From NCBI GenBank assembly GCA_964538575.1, contig CAZIGG010000001.1:1074-65073 (forward strand): a stretch of 64,000 bases of DNA, read 5' to 3'. The notes under the pieces are model-generated. The model had not been told where the DNA came from. It made no database searches and worked only from the letters and a program-made list of their open reading frames with translations. Positions 27,059 through 35,472 of the stretch are shown piece after piece. Every line of letters starts with the position of its first letter. The first letter of the stretch is position 1. Source of the stretch: an uncultured Roseivirgaceae bacterium (lineage in GTDB: Bacteria > Bacteroidota > Bacteroidia > Cytophagales > Cyclobacteriaceae). Both the position numbers and the translations under genes were made by a program.

Positions 27059-27595
27059 ATGAGGTTTTACCTTATTACAGTTTTTTTTGTCATTTTCGGC
27101 CTGAATTTTGTCAACGCTCAGAGGTTCGGGTACATTGACACGGATTTTATCCTGAACAAAATGCCCGAATACAAGAAGGCGCAGGAGGAAATAAACCGCT
27201 TATCCGGCCTTTGGGAAAAGGAAATCCTGGAAATGGCAAAGGGTATTGAGGCGCAGTACAGTACGCTGCAGGCAGAACAGGTTTTGTTAACCGATGCCAT
27301 GAAAAAAGAGCGGCTGGATGCGATCAAAAAGAAAGAGGCAGACCTGAAAGAGTATCAGAAAAAGGTGTTCGGATTCGAAGGCCTGCTGTTTCTCAAAAAA
27401 CAAGAGCTGATCAAGCCCGTTCAGGATAAGATTTGGGATGCGGTAGATAAAGTGGCCAAGAAAAACAGCTTAGCCATTGTGTTTGATAAGTCAGGTGAGC
27501 TGGTAATGATCTATACCGATCCGCGCTACGATTACACCGACTTTGTTTTGGATGAGCTTGGGCTGGGCGATCCCAATGATGTTGTAAAAAATTAA
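27059..27595 (+). CDS. OmpH/Skp-family periplasmic chaperone
   Basis: 178-aa ORF with signal peptide and coiled-coil Lys/Glu-rich core. Canonical position after bamA. Confidence 0.8.
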   Translation: MRFYLITVFFVIFGLNFVNAQRFGYIDTDFILNKMPEYKKAQEEINRLSGLWEKEILEMAKGIEAQYSTLQAEQVLLTDAMKKERLDAIKKKEADLKEYQKKVFGFEGLLFLKKQELIKPVQDKIWDAVDKVAKKNSLAIVFDKSGELVMIYTDPRYDYTDFVLDELGLGDPNDVVKN

Positions 27596-27617
27596 TTGAG
27601 TTATAAATTTAATCGTG

Positions 27618-28187
27618 ATGAAAAAACTAATGTTAGTATTCGCATTTGCATTGATAACGGCTGTTTCAATGGCACAAACACCTGCACCTGTAAAAATAGG
27701 CTATGCTGATGTTGAATACATCTTCTCCCAGATGCCTGAAGCTAAAACAATTGAAAACGAACTGCAGACGCTCCGGACTCAGCTAAAAAAGCAGTACGAT
27801 AATAAAATGGCTGAGTTCCAGAAAAAGCTTAAAGAATACCAGGAATACGGTAGTACAGTAGCCGATGCCGTGCGTCAGAATTCGGAAAGAGAACTCCAGC
27901 AGATGCAAGCAAACATTCAGAAGTTTGAAGAGGATTCACAAGCCGAACTTCAGAAAAGAAATGCCACCCTGTTAGGGCCTATTCAGGATAAAGTAGGGAA
28001 AGCGATTGAAGACGTTGCTAAAGAAAACGGATACTCATTGATCCTGAGCAACCAGATCAGCGGTCTGGATGTTATTTTATATGGCGATGAGAAGCTTGAT
28101 GTTTCTGACCTGGTGCTAAAGAAGATGGGCGTTACCCCTCCGCCACAAACACCTGCAGCAAACAACACAACACCTAAGAAGCCGTAA
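27618..28187 (+). CDS. OmpH/Skp-family periplasmic chaperone (second copy)
   Basis: ~189 aa with signal peptide MKKLMLVFAFALITAVSMAQ and a coiled-coil core. Followed by a strong terminator. Confidence 0.8.
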   Translation: MKKLMLVFAFALITAVSMAQTPAPVKIGYADVEYIFSQMPEAKTIENELQTLRTQLKKQYDNKMAEFQKKLKEYQEYGSTVADAVRQNSERELQQMQANIQKFEEDSQAELQKRNATLLGPIQDKVGKAIEDVAKENGYSLILSNQISGLDVILYGDEKLDVSDLVLKKMGVTPPPQTPAANNTTPKKP

Positions 28188-28208
28188 TTGATAACCAAAA
28201 TATTGGTG

Positions 28209-28244
28209 AAACCCCGTCCGTAAAAAAGACGGGGTTTTTTGTTT
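28209..28244 (+). terminator. rho-independent terminator after the uppS-bamA-skp-skp block
   Basis: 10-bp stem AAACCCCGTC/GACGGGGTTT with a 9-nt loop, followed by TTTTTTGTTT. Confidence 0.85.
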
Positions 28245-28254
28245 ATTTAGAATA

Positions 28255-29154
28255 ATGATTCAACCAGCGTTTCTTCAAAAAGGTGACTCAGTGTGCATCC
28301 TGGCACCCGGAAGAAAGCTTGCCATTCAAAGCATTGAAACTTCTGTTGCCGTTATCCAATCCTGGGGATTGAATGTAATGTTGGGTCAAAACCTTTTAAG
28401 CGGGAAGCATAGTTATCTGTCCGGTACGGATGCTGAACGGCAAAGTGATTTTCAGAAAGCGCTCGATGATTCTTCCGTTAAAGCGATTATTTGCGCCCGG
28501 GGCGGTTACGGAACAACACGCATTCTCGATCAGTTGAATTTTTTAACATTCTTGAAATCCCCGAAATGGATTTGCGGCTTCAGCGATGTTACTGCATTAC
28601 ACCTGAAGCTTCAGTCATTAAATATTCAAAGCATTCACGCAACAATGCCTGTGCAGTTCCCCAAAGCAGAATTTGCTGATTCGGTGGAGAGTCTTCGCAG
28701 GATGCTTTTTGGAACAACCACACCGTTGACTGCTAAGCCATCAACCAACAACCGAACCGGTGTAGCTGAAGGTAAATTAGTTGGAGGGAATCTTTCCCTG
28801 CTTGCCGATTCGTTAGGTACATCAACTGAAATACAAACCGAAAGCAAAATTCTTGTGATTGAAGAAATTGGTGAGTACACCTATCGGCTCGATAGAATGC
28901 TGGTGCAGTTTAAGCGTGCCGGCAAGCTGAAAAACCTCGCAGGGCTTGTGGTAGGCCACATGACCGACATAAAAGAAAGTGAATTGCCTTTTGGAGAATC
29001 GGCTGAACAGATCATCCGCAATCACACACATGAATTTGAGTATCCGGTTGGGTTTAATTTTCCGACCGGACATGAACATCCGAACCTGCCGTGGATTGAG
29101 GGAGCAGCCGGGAAGCTTACGGTTACAAACAATGCATCAACCTTAAGCTTTTAG
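28255..29154 (+). CDS. S66-family LD-carboxypeptidase
   Basis: 299-aa ORF. Nucleophile motif GFSDVTALH, VIEEIGE, and a C-terminal FPTGHEHPN with the His. Confidence 0.8.
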   Translation: MIQPAFLQKGDSVCILAPGRKLAIQSIETSVAVIQSWGLNVMLGQNLLSGKHSYLSGTDAERQSDFQKALDDSSVKAIICARGGYGTTRILDQLNFLTFLKSPKWICGFSDVTALHLKLQSLNIQSIHATMPVQFPKAEFADSVESLRRMLFGTTTPLTAKPSTNNRTGVAEGKLVGGNLSLLADSLGTSTEIQTESKILVIEEIGEYTYRLDRMLVQFKRAGKLKNLAGLVVGHMTDIKESELPFGESAEQIIRNHTHEFEYPVGFNFPTGHEHPNLPWIEGAAGKLTVTNNASTLSF

Positions 29155-30056
29155 GACGGAAGCTTTTCGGAATACTTCGGAATAAGCGTTTTGAATTTTT
29201 CACGAAGCTCATGCAGCAACGACTTGCCGGAACGATTGGTGATTTTTCTTCCGTCAATTTCAGTAACCGGGGTTAGCTCACCCATTGTACCCGTGCCGAA
29301 AACCTCATCGGCCGTATAAAATTCCGTCAACGAAAGATTTCGTTCTTCTATTGAAATATTATTCGCTTTGCAAAGCTCAATGACGAGGCTTCGCGTAATT
29401 CCATGCAAACAGGCATCCGCGTGGGGAGTACAGACAACATTATCCTTTATCATAAAAAGATTAATGTCGTTAAGTTCAGCCACAAATCCCTGGTGGTCGA
29501 GCATTAACGCAGCATCAACTCCCGCAACGTTTGCCTGGATCTTCGCAAGAATGTTATTCAGCAAATTATTATGATGGATTTTTGAATCGAGAAACTGGGG
29601 GTTATTTCTTCGCATCGAAGAGGTAATCACCCTGATTCCCGTGTTGTTATCATACACCAGGGGTTTCCATTCCGCCAGCACAATCAGGCAGGAGCCCTTT
29701 GTATTCACCCGCGGGTCCATACCTGAAGTAACCTTCTCACCGCGCGTGAGCGTCAGCCGGATGTGCGTCTCATCCTTCATGCCGTTTGCTTTCAGTGTAT
29801 CAAAAATTGCTTTCTTCACTGAATCTTTGGACGGGATATCCGTAAAGGCCAACGCGTGCGCGGACGCCTGAAGCCGGTCCAAATGTTTATCTAAGCAAAA
29901 AATCCCGCCATCATAAACCCGCAATCCTTCCCACACCGCATCTCCGCCCTGAACAGAACTATCGAACACGGAAACCTTTGCTTCATTTCGCGGAAGCAGC
30001 TTGCCGCCAACATGGATAATGATATTTTCGTTTTTCGGGTTGTATTTCTGCAGCAT
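29151..30056 (-). CDS. class IV (fold type IV) PLP-dependent aminotransferase
   Basis: 301-aa ORF. GDAVWEGLRVYDG, the LDRL region, and a GITR-like HGITRSLV motif. Confidence 0.8.
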   Translation of the reverse strand: MLQKYNPKNENIIIHVGGKLLPRNEAKVSVFDSSVQGGDAVWEGLRVYDGGIFCLDKHLDRLQASAHALAFTDIPSKDSVKKAIFDTLKANGMKDETHIRLTLTRGEKVTSGMDPRVNTKGSCLIVLAEWKPLVYDNNTGIRVITSSMRRNNPQFLDSKIHHNNLLNNILAKIQANVAGVDAALMLDHQGFVAELNDINLFMIKDNVVCTPHADACLHGITRSLVIELCKANNISIEERNLSLTEFYTADEVFGTGTMGELTPVTEIDGRKITNRSGKSLLHELREKFKTLIPKYSEKLPS

Positions 30057-30058
30057 AC

Positions 30059-30769
30059 CTAAGGTCTTATGGCGTATTGTAAAAGCTTTTTATAGTAAAC
30101 ATCCGCGTGCTCAGCAAGAGGCTTAAGCTGATCGGGCAAGGCACGTTCGCTGGTTGGCTGTTTTTCAAAACCGGATGATTTGTGAACATTCGCATACCAG
30201 TGAGGCGCCCAAACTCCGTCATACGGTTTTGGCCCGGGCTGCCAGGCCAGCATTTGTTTTTCAAATGTAATTCCGGCACGGTCACAAACCTGCCTGAGCA
30301 CGGATTCCGGATTTTCGAGCAGCAGGCCAGCGTCAAGAACAATGCTCTTCGGATCGTTAAGTTCGTCAAACAGTTTCCATTCATATTCAATGCCGATGTC
30401 GCGCATAACAGGTTTTTCAATTACCTGGGCGTAGCTGGCAATTATTTGTCTGGGATTTCGGATCAGGAATATGTTGATGCAGTCTGAAAGAAAATCAATG
30501 TTGCTCATCACTTCAAGGTGATGTGCCATGTTCTTTATAAAAGAAACTGGTTTTCCATGCTTTCTGAAAACTTCTGCCTTAACTTTTTCTTCACTGGAAG
30601 ATTGGGCTTTCAGAACCTCCTCTTTTCCCGGATGATGAACATCGGTTTTGGAAAAGTACATCGCATAGAAGGGCTCATCAATTACACGTGTATCACTCCG
30701 CTGCGCAAAGGAATACATCAGTGCGGTTGAAATGTTACGCGGACCGGAAATCAGGTGCAGGTATTTCAC
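30059..30769 (-). CDS. sulfotransferase-like P-loop fold protein, unknown substrate
   Basis: 236-aa ORF with GTG start. N-terminal HLISGPRNISTAL resembles a PAPS 5'-phosphosulfate-binding loop. Lies 2 nt upstream of the class IV aminotransferase. Confidence 0.5.
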   Translation of the reverse strand: MKYLHLISGPRNISTALMYSFAQRSDTRVIDEPFYAMYFSKTDVHHPGKEEVLKAQSSSEEKVKAEVFRKHGKPVSFIKNMAHHLEVMSNIDFLSDCINIFLIRNPRQIIASYAQVIEKPVMRDIGIEYEWKLFDELNDPKSIVLDAGLLLENPESVLRQVCDRAGITFEKQMLAWQPGPKPYDGVWAPHWYANVHKSSGFEKQPTSERALPDQLKPLAEHADVYYKKLLQYAIRP

Positions 30770-30857
30770 TGTTTACAAGTTTAGGGTAAGCTACAATTTT
30801 TAATTAACCAGGGAAACAAGATATTGAACGCTTGTGACACGCATTACATTCCGGAAA

Positions 30858-31337
30858 TTAATCCGGAAGCAATTTTTTAAGGGTTTTCCAGACAAGCTCT
30901 GGTTCATACCCCTTCTGAATTAAGGATTTTGAAATTTTATCGCGTGCAATAAATGCGTTTTCATCCTCCAGTTCTGAAGTCTTCTCCGTAATAAGCTTCT
31001 CTAACGTTTGTTGATAATCACCCTCCTCAATTTCCTTCAGGCCGATGCGGATGCAGTTTTTTGAAAGCCCTTTGCTTTCAAGCGCATGAATAATTTTAAT
31101 ACGCCCCCAATGCTTGATCCGGAATTTTCCGCCTGCAAATAGTTTTGCGTACCGCTCTTCGTTGAGAAATCCCTCCGTAATTAAATACGTAAGCAGCTCA
31201 TCTGCATCGGATGAATTTAATCCTAATTCGTAAAGCTTGTTTTTTACTTCCTGGTGGGAACGTTCCTGGTAAGCGCAATAGCGCAATGCTTTTTGCTTTG
31301 CCTGTTCAGGTGTTAGTGACTTACCCTTTCGCTGCAC
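30858..31337 (-). CDS. recX: regulatory protein RecX
   Basis: 159-aa ORF. ALRYCAYQERSHQEVKNKL and three helical repeats typical of RecX. Confidence 0.85.
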   Translation of the reverse strand: MQRKGKSLTPEQAKQKALRYCAYQERSHQEVKNKLYELGLNSSDADELLTYLITEGFLNEERYAKLFAGGKFRIKHWGRIKIIHALESKGLSKNCIRIGLKEIEEGDYQQTLEKLITEKTSELEDENAFIARDKISKSLIQKGYEPELVWKTLKKLLPD

Positions 31338-31339
31338 GC

Positions 31340-31822
31340 TTATTTTACCAGTCCTTTATTTTTCAAAACGCTGATCACAAATTTGCGCTCGTTATCGGTA
31401 TTGAAGATCTTAAAGGGCAGGTAGATCAGTTGCGCTTTATTGATATACAATACAATGTAATCCTTGCCAACGGCTGCGCTTTTTATCTGATCCCACTTCA
31501 TGGGCATACCCTCGCGCGGGTTGATCTTCATCACGATCTGCTGGCTGCTGATCTCGTACGAGAACTTTTCAAATAACATCTTCCCCTGCTCAAGCTGCGT
31601 TACTCCGTAAAACTGGATCCACCAGAATAAAATATATAACCCTAATCCGACAACCGCAGCGATGAACCACCAAATTGTATGTGCACCCGGGATCATATAT
31701 CCCAGGCACAACAGAAATGCTGCTAAGGCAGCAATCCATCCCTGTTTTTTCAACACCGCCTGTAAGGCGAGTTTTATATAAATCTTCTTTTCGAGCTTGT
31801 AATTCTTTGTTTTAGCAATCAT
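31340..31822 (-). CDS. YcxB-like membrane protein
   Basis: 160-aa ORF with two TM helices followed by a small PH-like C-terminal domain. The call rests on architecture only. Confidence 0.45.
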   Translation of the reverse strand: MIAKTKNYKLEKKIYIKLALQAVLKKQGWIAALAAFLLCLGYMIPGAHTIWWFIAAVVGLGLYILFWWIQFYGVTQLEQGKMLFEKFSYEISSQQIVMKINPREGMPMKWDQIKSAAVGKDYIVLYINKAQLIYLPFKIFNTDNERKFVISVLKNKGLVK

Positions 31823-31846
31823 AAAATATCAACAATCAATTCTTTT

Positions 31847-32704
31847 TTAAAATGCCTTCAGGCTTAAGTCCATACTTTTTACAGAATGGGTTAACGCGCC
31901 TGCCGAAATAAAATCAACCCCCGATTCCGCAATGCTTCGGATCGTTTCTTCGGTAATTCCTCCGCTGGCCTCGGTTTTGTATTTTCCGTCAATCAGGGTC
32001 ACCGCTTTTCTCATGTCTTCAACCGGCATATTGTCCAGCATGATCACATCAACGCCTCCTACCCTGATTACTTCCTTTACCTCTTCCAGGTTTCGGGTTT
32101 CGATCTCTATCCGGAGATTTTTTTTCGTGGCGCGAAGATACTCTTTTGTTTGGATGATTGCTTTCTCAATTCCGCCTGCCATGTCGATGTGATTATCCTT
32201 GAGCATAATCATATCAAACAGCCCGATCCGGTGGTTCGCCCCGCCCCCGATCAGCACGGCCCATTTCTCCGGCAGCCGGAAATTGGGTGTTGTTTTGCGG
32301 GTGTCCAGGAGCTTTGCTTTCGTGCCCCTGATCAATCCCGAAAGGTAATGCGTAAGCGTAGCGATGGCGCTCATGCGCTGCATGCAATTCAGCACAAGCC
32401 GTTCGCATGTTAAAATTGACCGCGATAATCCTTCAACAACAAATGCAACGTCACCCGGCTTAACAGTACTTCCGTCCCGGATGCTGATGGCAATCGCTAA
32501 TGTTGGATCAAAATGCTTAAAGATTAATTCAGCCAGTTCAACACCGGCAAGAATTCCTTCCTGTTTAACCAGCAACCTGGCTTTGCTCCTGGCGGAAGCC
32601 GGTATAGAGGCCAGCGTTGAATGATCGCCATCGCCTACATCTTCAGCAAAGGCATCGGTAATAAACTGATGTAAAAACGGGTCGGTTATGTATGAAGGTC
32701 GCAC
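31847..32704 (-). CDS. nadC: nicotinate-nucleotide diphosphorylase (carboxylating)
   Basis: 285-aa ORF. DTRKTTP, HRIGLFDMIMLKDNH and MLDNM motifs. Confidence 0.92.
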   Translation of the reverse strand: MRPSYITDPFLHQFITDAFAEDVGDGDHSTLASIPASARSKARLLVKQEGILAGVELAELIFKHFDPTLAIAISIRDGSTVKPGDVAFVVEGLSRSILTCERLVLNCMQRMSAIATLTHYLSGLIRGTKAKLLDTRKTTPNFRLPEKWAVLIGGGANHRIGLFDMIMLKDNHIDMAGGIEKAIIQTKEYLRATKKNLRIEIETRNLEEVKEVIRVGGVDVIMLDNMPVEDMRKAVTLIDGKYKTEASGGITEETIRSIAESGVDFISAGALTHSVKSMDLSLKAF

Positions 32705-32767
32705 ACCGCAAAAATGATCAGGATTTCCGGAATTTTGAGATCAGGCGCTTTTTTTGTGCGGCCTGCA

Positions 32768-33172
32768 CTATTGTTTTACAAAGGAAATTTCCTGGATAAG
32801 CTGATCCTTATTAGTTGTTTTGATTTTCATCCAAACCCGGTATTTATCCGGACCGCTTATGTATTCCCCGATGGCAAAAGGCTGGCCGCCCTTGGAGGAG
32901 CCCTGATGAATGATATTAAAGTCTGCCGGTGGGTGCGCTTTAAAGAAATCGCGCAGTACAAACTCAGCTTGTGCTTTACTGTAGTTTTGAGGCTTGCCAT
33001 CGATGGTTACGTCAATGGTTTGGTTCAGGTGCTTTGATAACTCTTTCGCGCTGCCTGCTTTAATAGCCTCCCGGATCTGGTCTATAACCTCGTTTTTCTG
33101 CGCTAAAGCCGGATTTACGGCCAAAAAACCAGCACAGAGCATCACCCCAAAAAAGAATCTTTTTCTCCTCAT
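32768..33172 (-). CDS. small secreted protein (DUF4783-like)
   Basis: An internal ATG gives the signal peptide MRRKRFFFGVMLCAGFLAVNPALAQ. The ORF track's longer start at 33202 seems less likely. Confidence 0.5.
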   Translation of the reverse strand: MRRKRFFFGVMLCAGFLAVNPALAQKNEVIDQIREAIKAGSAKELSKHLNQTIDVTIDGKPQNYSKAQAEFVLRDFFKAHPPADFNIIHQGSSKGGQPFAIGEYISGPDKYRVWMKIKTTNKDQLIQEISFVKQ

Positions 33173-33322
33173 AGCGCTGAGATATACCCAAAAGTATGCC
33201 ATACAAAGATGATTAGGAAATTGTCTTAAATATTAAGGTTCGGGCTTAATTTCTGAATTTAATTGAGTTCCTATGTATGCCAATCGGTGGTTAAAGTAAC
33301 CCGTTAATCCTTCAATAGTGGT

Positions 33323-33330
33323 TATATTTG
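33323..33330 (+). promoter_or_regulatory. -7 box TATATTTG for gpmI
   Basis: Exact TAnnTTTG, 19 nt upstream of the ATG at 33350. Confidence 0.5.
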
Positions 33331-33349
33331 CGCCCTAATTCTTTGTGTT

Positions 33350-34873
33350 ATGAATAAAAAAGTGCTGTTGATGATCTTGGACGGCTGGGGCGTAGCGGTG
33401 AACAAAAAGGTTTCTGCTATTGACCATGCCAAAACTCCGTTTATAAACTCGCTTTATCCTAAGTATGCCAACAGTAAGCTTGAAGCTTCAGGACTGGCTG
33501 TCGGATTACCCGCTGGTCAGATGGGCAACTCAGAAGTCGGGCACATGAACATCGGTGCCGGAAGGGTTATCTACCAGGACCTGGTTAAGGTCAACAAAGC
33601 GATTGACGAAAAAGAGCTTGATAAGAACCCGGTTTTGCTCGATGCCTTTGACTACGCTAAAAAGAACAACAAAAATTTTCACCTGATCGGACTTGTCTCG
33701 GATGGTGGTGTTCACGCACATCTTCATCATTTAAAAGGTATTTGTACGATTGCTCATAATACTGGAATTAAGAACCTGTTTATTCATGCGTTTACCGATG
33801 GCCGGGATACCGATCCAAAAGGAGGATTAAATTATTTAAAAGATCTCCAGGCACACCTTACCAAAACTACCGGCAAGATCGCCAGCATTGTGGGGCGTTA
33901 CTTTGCGATGGATCGGGACAAACGCTGGGAACGTGTAAAGCTCGCGTATGACTTATTGGTTCACGGAACAGGCGAAGCCGCAACGGACGTATCGGCTGCA
34001 ATTCAAAAGTCGTACGATAATAATGTTACGGATGAGTTCATCAAGCCGGTGGTGATAGTTGAAAACAGTAAGCCGGTTACGACCATTAAGGAAGGCGATG
34101 TTGTGCTATGCTTCAACTTCCGTACCGACAGGGGACGCGAAATTACGCAGGTACTCACCCAGCAGGATTTTCCCGAGCAAAATATGAAGGCGTTGAACCT
34201 GTACTATGTAACGCTTACAAATTATGATGACACGTTTAAGAATGTGAAGGTTATTTTCGATAAAGATAACCTGAACAACACACTCGGTGAAGTTTTAGCA
34301 AAGGCCGGCAAAAAGCAAATCCGTATTGCGGAAACTGAAAAGTATCCGCACGTAACGTTTTTCTTTTCAGGCGGAAGGGAACAGGAGTTTGAAGGGGAAA
34401 CACGCATTCTTTGTCCGTCACCCAAAGTTGCAACGTACGACCTTAAGCCGGAGATGAGCGCCAATGATTTAAAAGATAAACTCATTCCGGAGCTTGATAA
34501 AAAATACGCGGACTTTATCTGTTTGAATTTTGCCAACCCCGACATGGTCGGGCACACCGGTGTTTTTGAAGCTGTTGTTAAGGCGTGTGAAACGGTTGAC
34601 TACTGCGCGGGTAAAGTAACAGAAGCTGCGTTACGGAATGGTTACTACATCATCATCATTGCCGACCACGGAAATGCTGATTTTATGATTAATGAAGACG
34701 GCACACCCAACACAGCGCACACAACAAGCCTCGTGCCCTGCATACTGGTGGATGATACATTCAACGGAAAATTAAAGAACGGTAAATTGGGTGACCTTGC
34801 TCCGACCATTCTCACCCTGATTGGAATTCCGGTTCCGGCTGAAATGACAGGCGAAATACTTATTACTCAATAA
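33350..34873 (+). CDS. gpmI: 2,3-bisphosphoglycerate-independent phosphoglycerate mutase
   Basis: 507-aa ORF. LMILDGWG, GNSEVGHMNIGAGR and ADHGNA motifs. Confidence 0.96.
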   Translation: MNKKVLLMILDGWGVAVNKKVSAIDHAKTPFINSLYPKYANSKLEASGLAVGLPAGQMGNSEVGHMNIGAGRVIYQDLVKVNKAIDEKELDKNPVLLDAFDYAKKNNKNFHLIGLVSDGGVHAHLHHLKGICTIAHNTGIKNLFIHAFTDGRDTDPKGGLNYLKDLQAHLTKTTGKIASIVGRYFAMDRDKRWERVKLAYDLLVHGTGEAATDVSAAIQKSYDNNVTDEFIKPVVIVENSKPVTTIKEGDVVLCFNFRTDRGREITQVLTQQDFPEQNMKALNLYYVTLTNYDDTFKNVKVIFDKDNLNNTLGEVLAKAGKKQIRIAETEKYPHVTFFFSGGREQEFEGETRILCPSPKVATYDLKPEMSANDLKDKLIPELDKKYADFICLNFANPDMVGHTGVFEAVVKACETVDYCAGKVTEAALRNGYYIIIIADHGNADFMINEDGTPNTAHTTSLVPCILVDDTFNGKLKNGKLGDLAPTILTLIGIPVPAEMTGEILITQ

Positions 34874-34885
34874 ATTCAGGCTGGC

Positions 34886-35470
34886 GTGAAGCAGGTAGCA
34901 TTTATTTTACTGATTGTTGTTACGCTATCATCCTGCGAAACAAAGCGCAGCCATATAAAATACTACTATCAGCTTGACAGTGTGTTGAACGAACAGGTTC
35001 AATACCTCACACAATCCCGTGCTACACTTTCGAAAAAAGCATCTATTGATGGAAAAGAAGAGCGTACCTCTTTTGTTCCAAAAGATACTACCCGCTGGAA
35101 ATATGAGTTTGATGTTTTTGCCGGGCTGAATGATATCAACAAACCGGCAAATGTTGGCAAATACCGTACAGTGCCCGGTATAAAAGATGTGAACAGCAAC
35201 CTGCTCATTTATACAATTGAAAGCACCGAACAACTGCCGGTGGTTTTTCTGAAAGTTTATTACCTGGATAACCTGGCCAACATCCGCAGAATTGAGGGCC
35301 TTTACCGGGAAGAAAGTTCCTTACTGAAAAGTTCCCGGCATTTATCCATGGAATTTCAGAACATCAACAATAAAATCGTGCTTACATCCTACTCTATAAC
35401 CGGAGGGCAGAAAATGCTTCTCGGAGATTCTGTTCAGTTCTCCGTAAACGGAATGATTACACTCCCTTAA
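34886..35470 (+). CDS. lipoprotein, function unknown
   Basis: 194-aa ORF with GTG start and lipobox LSSC. Tightly packed between gpmI and the ABC exporter. Confidence 0.5.
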   Translation: MKQVAFILLIVVTLSSCETKRSHIKYYYQLDSVLNEQVQYLTQSRATLSKKASIDGKEERTSFVPKDTTRWKYEFDVFAGLNDINKPANVGKYRTVPGIKDVNSNLLIYTIESTEQLPVVFLKVYYLDNLANIRRIEGLYREESSLLKSSRHLSMEFQNINNKIVLTSYSITGGQKMLLGDSVQFSVNGMITLP

Positions 35471-35472
35471 AC

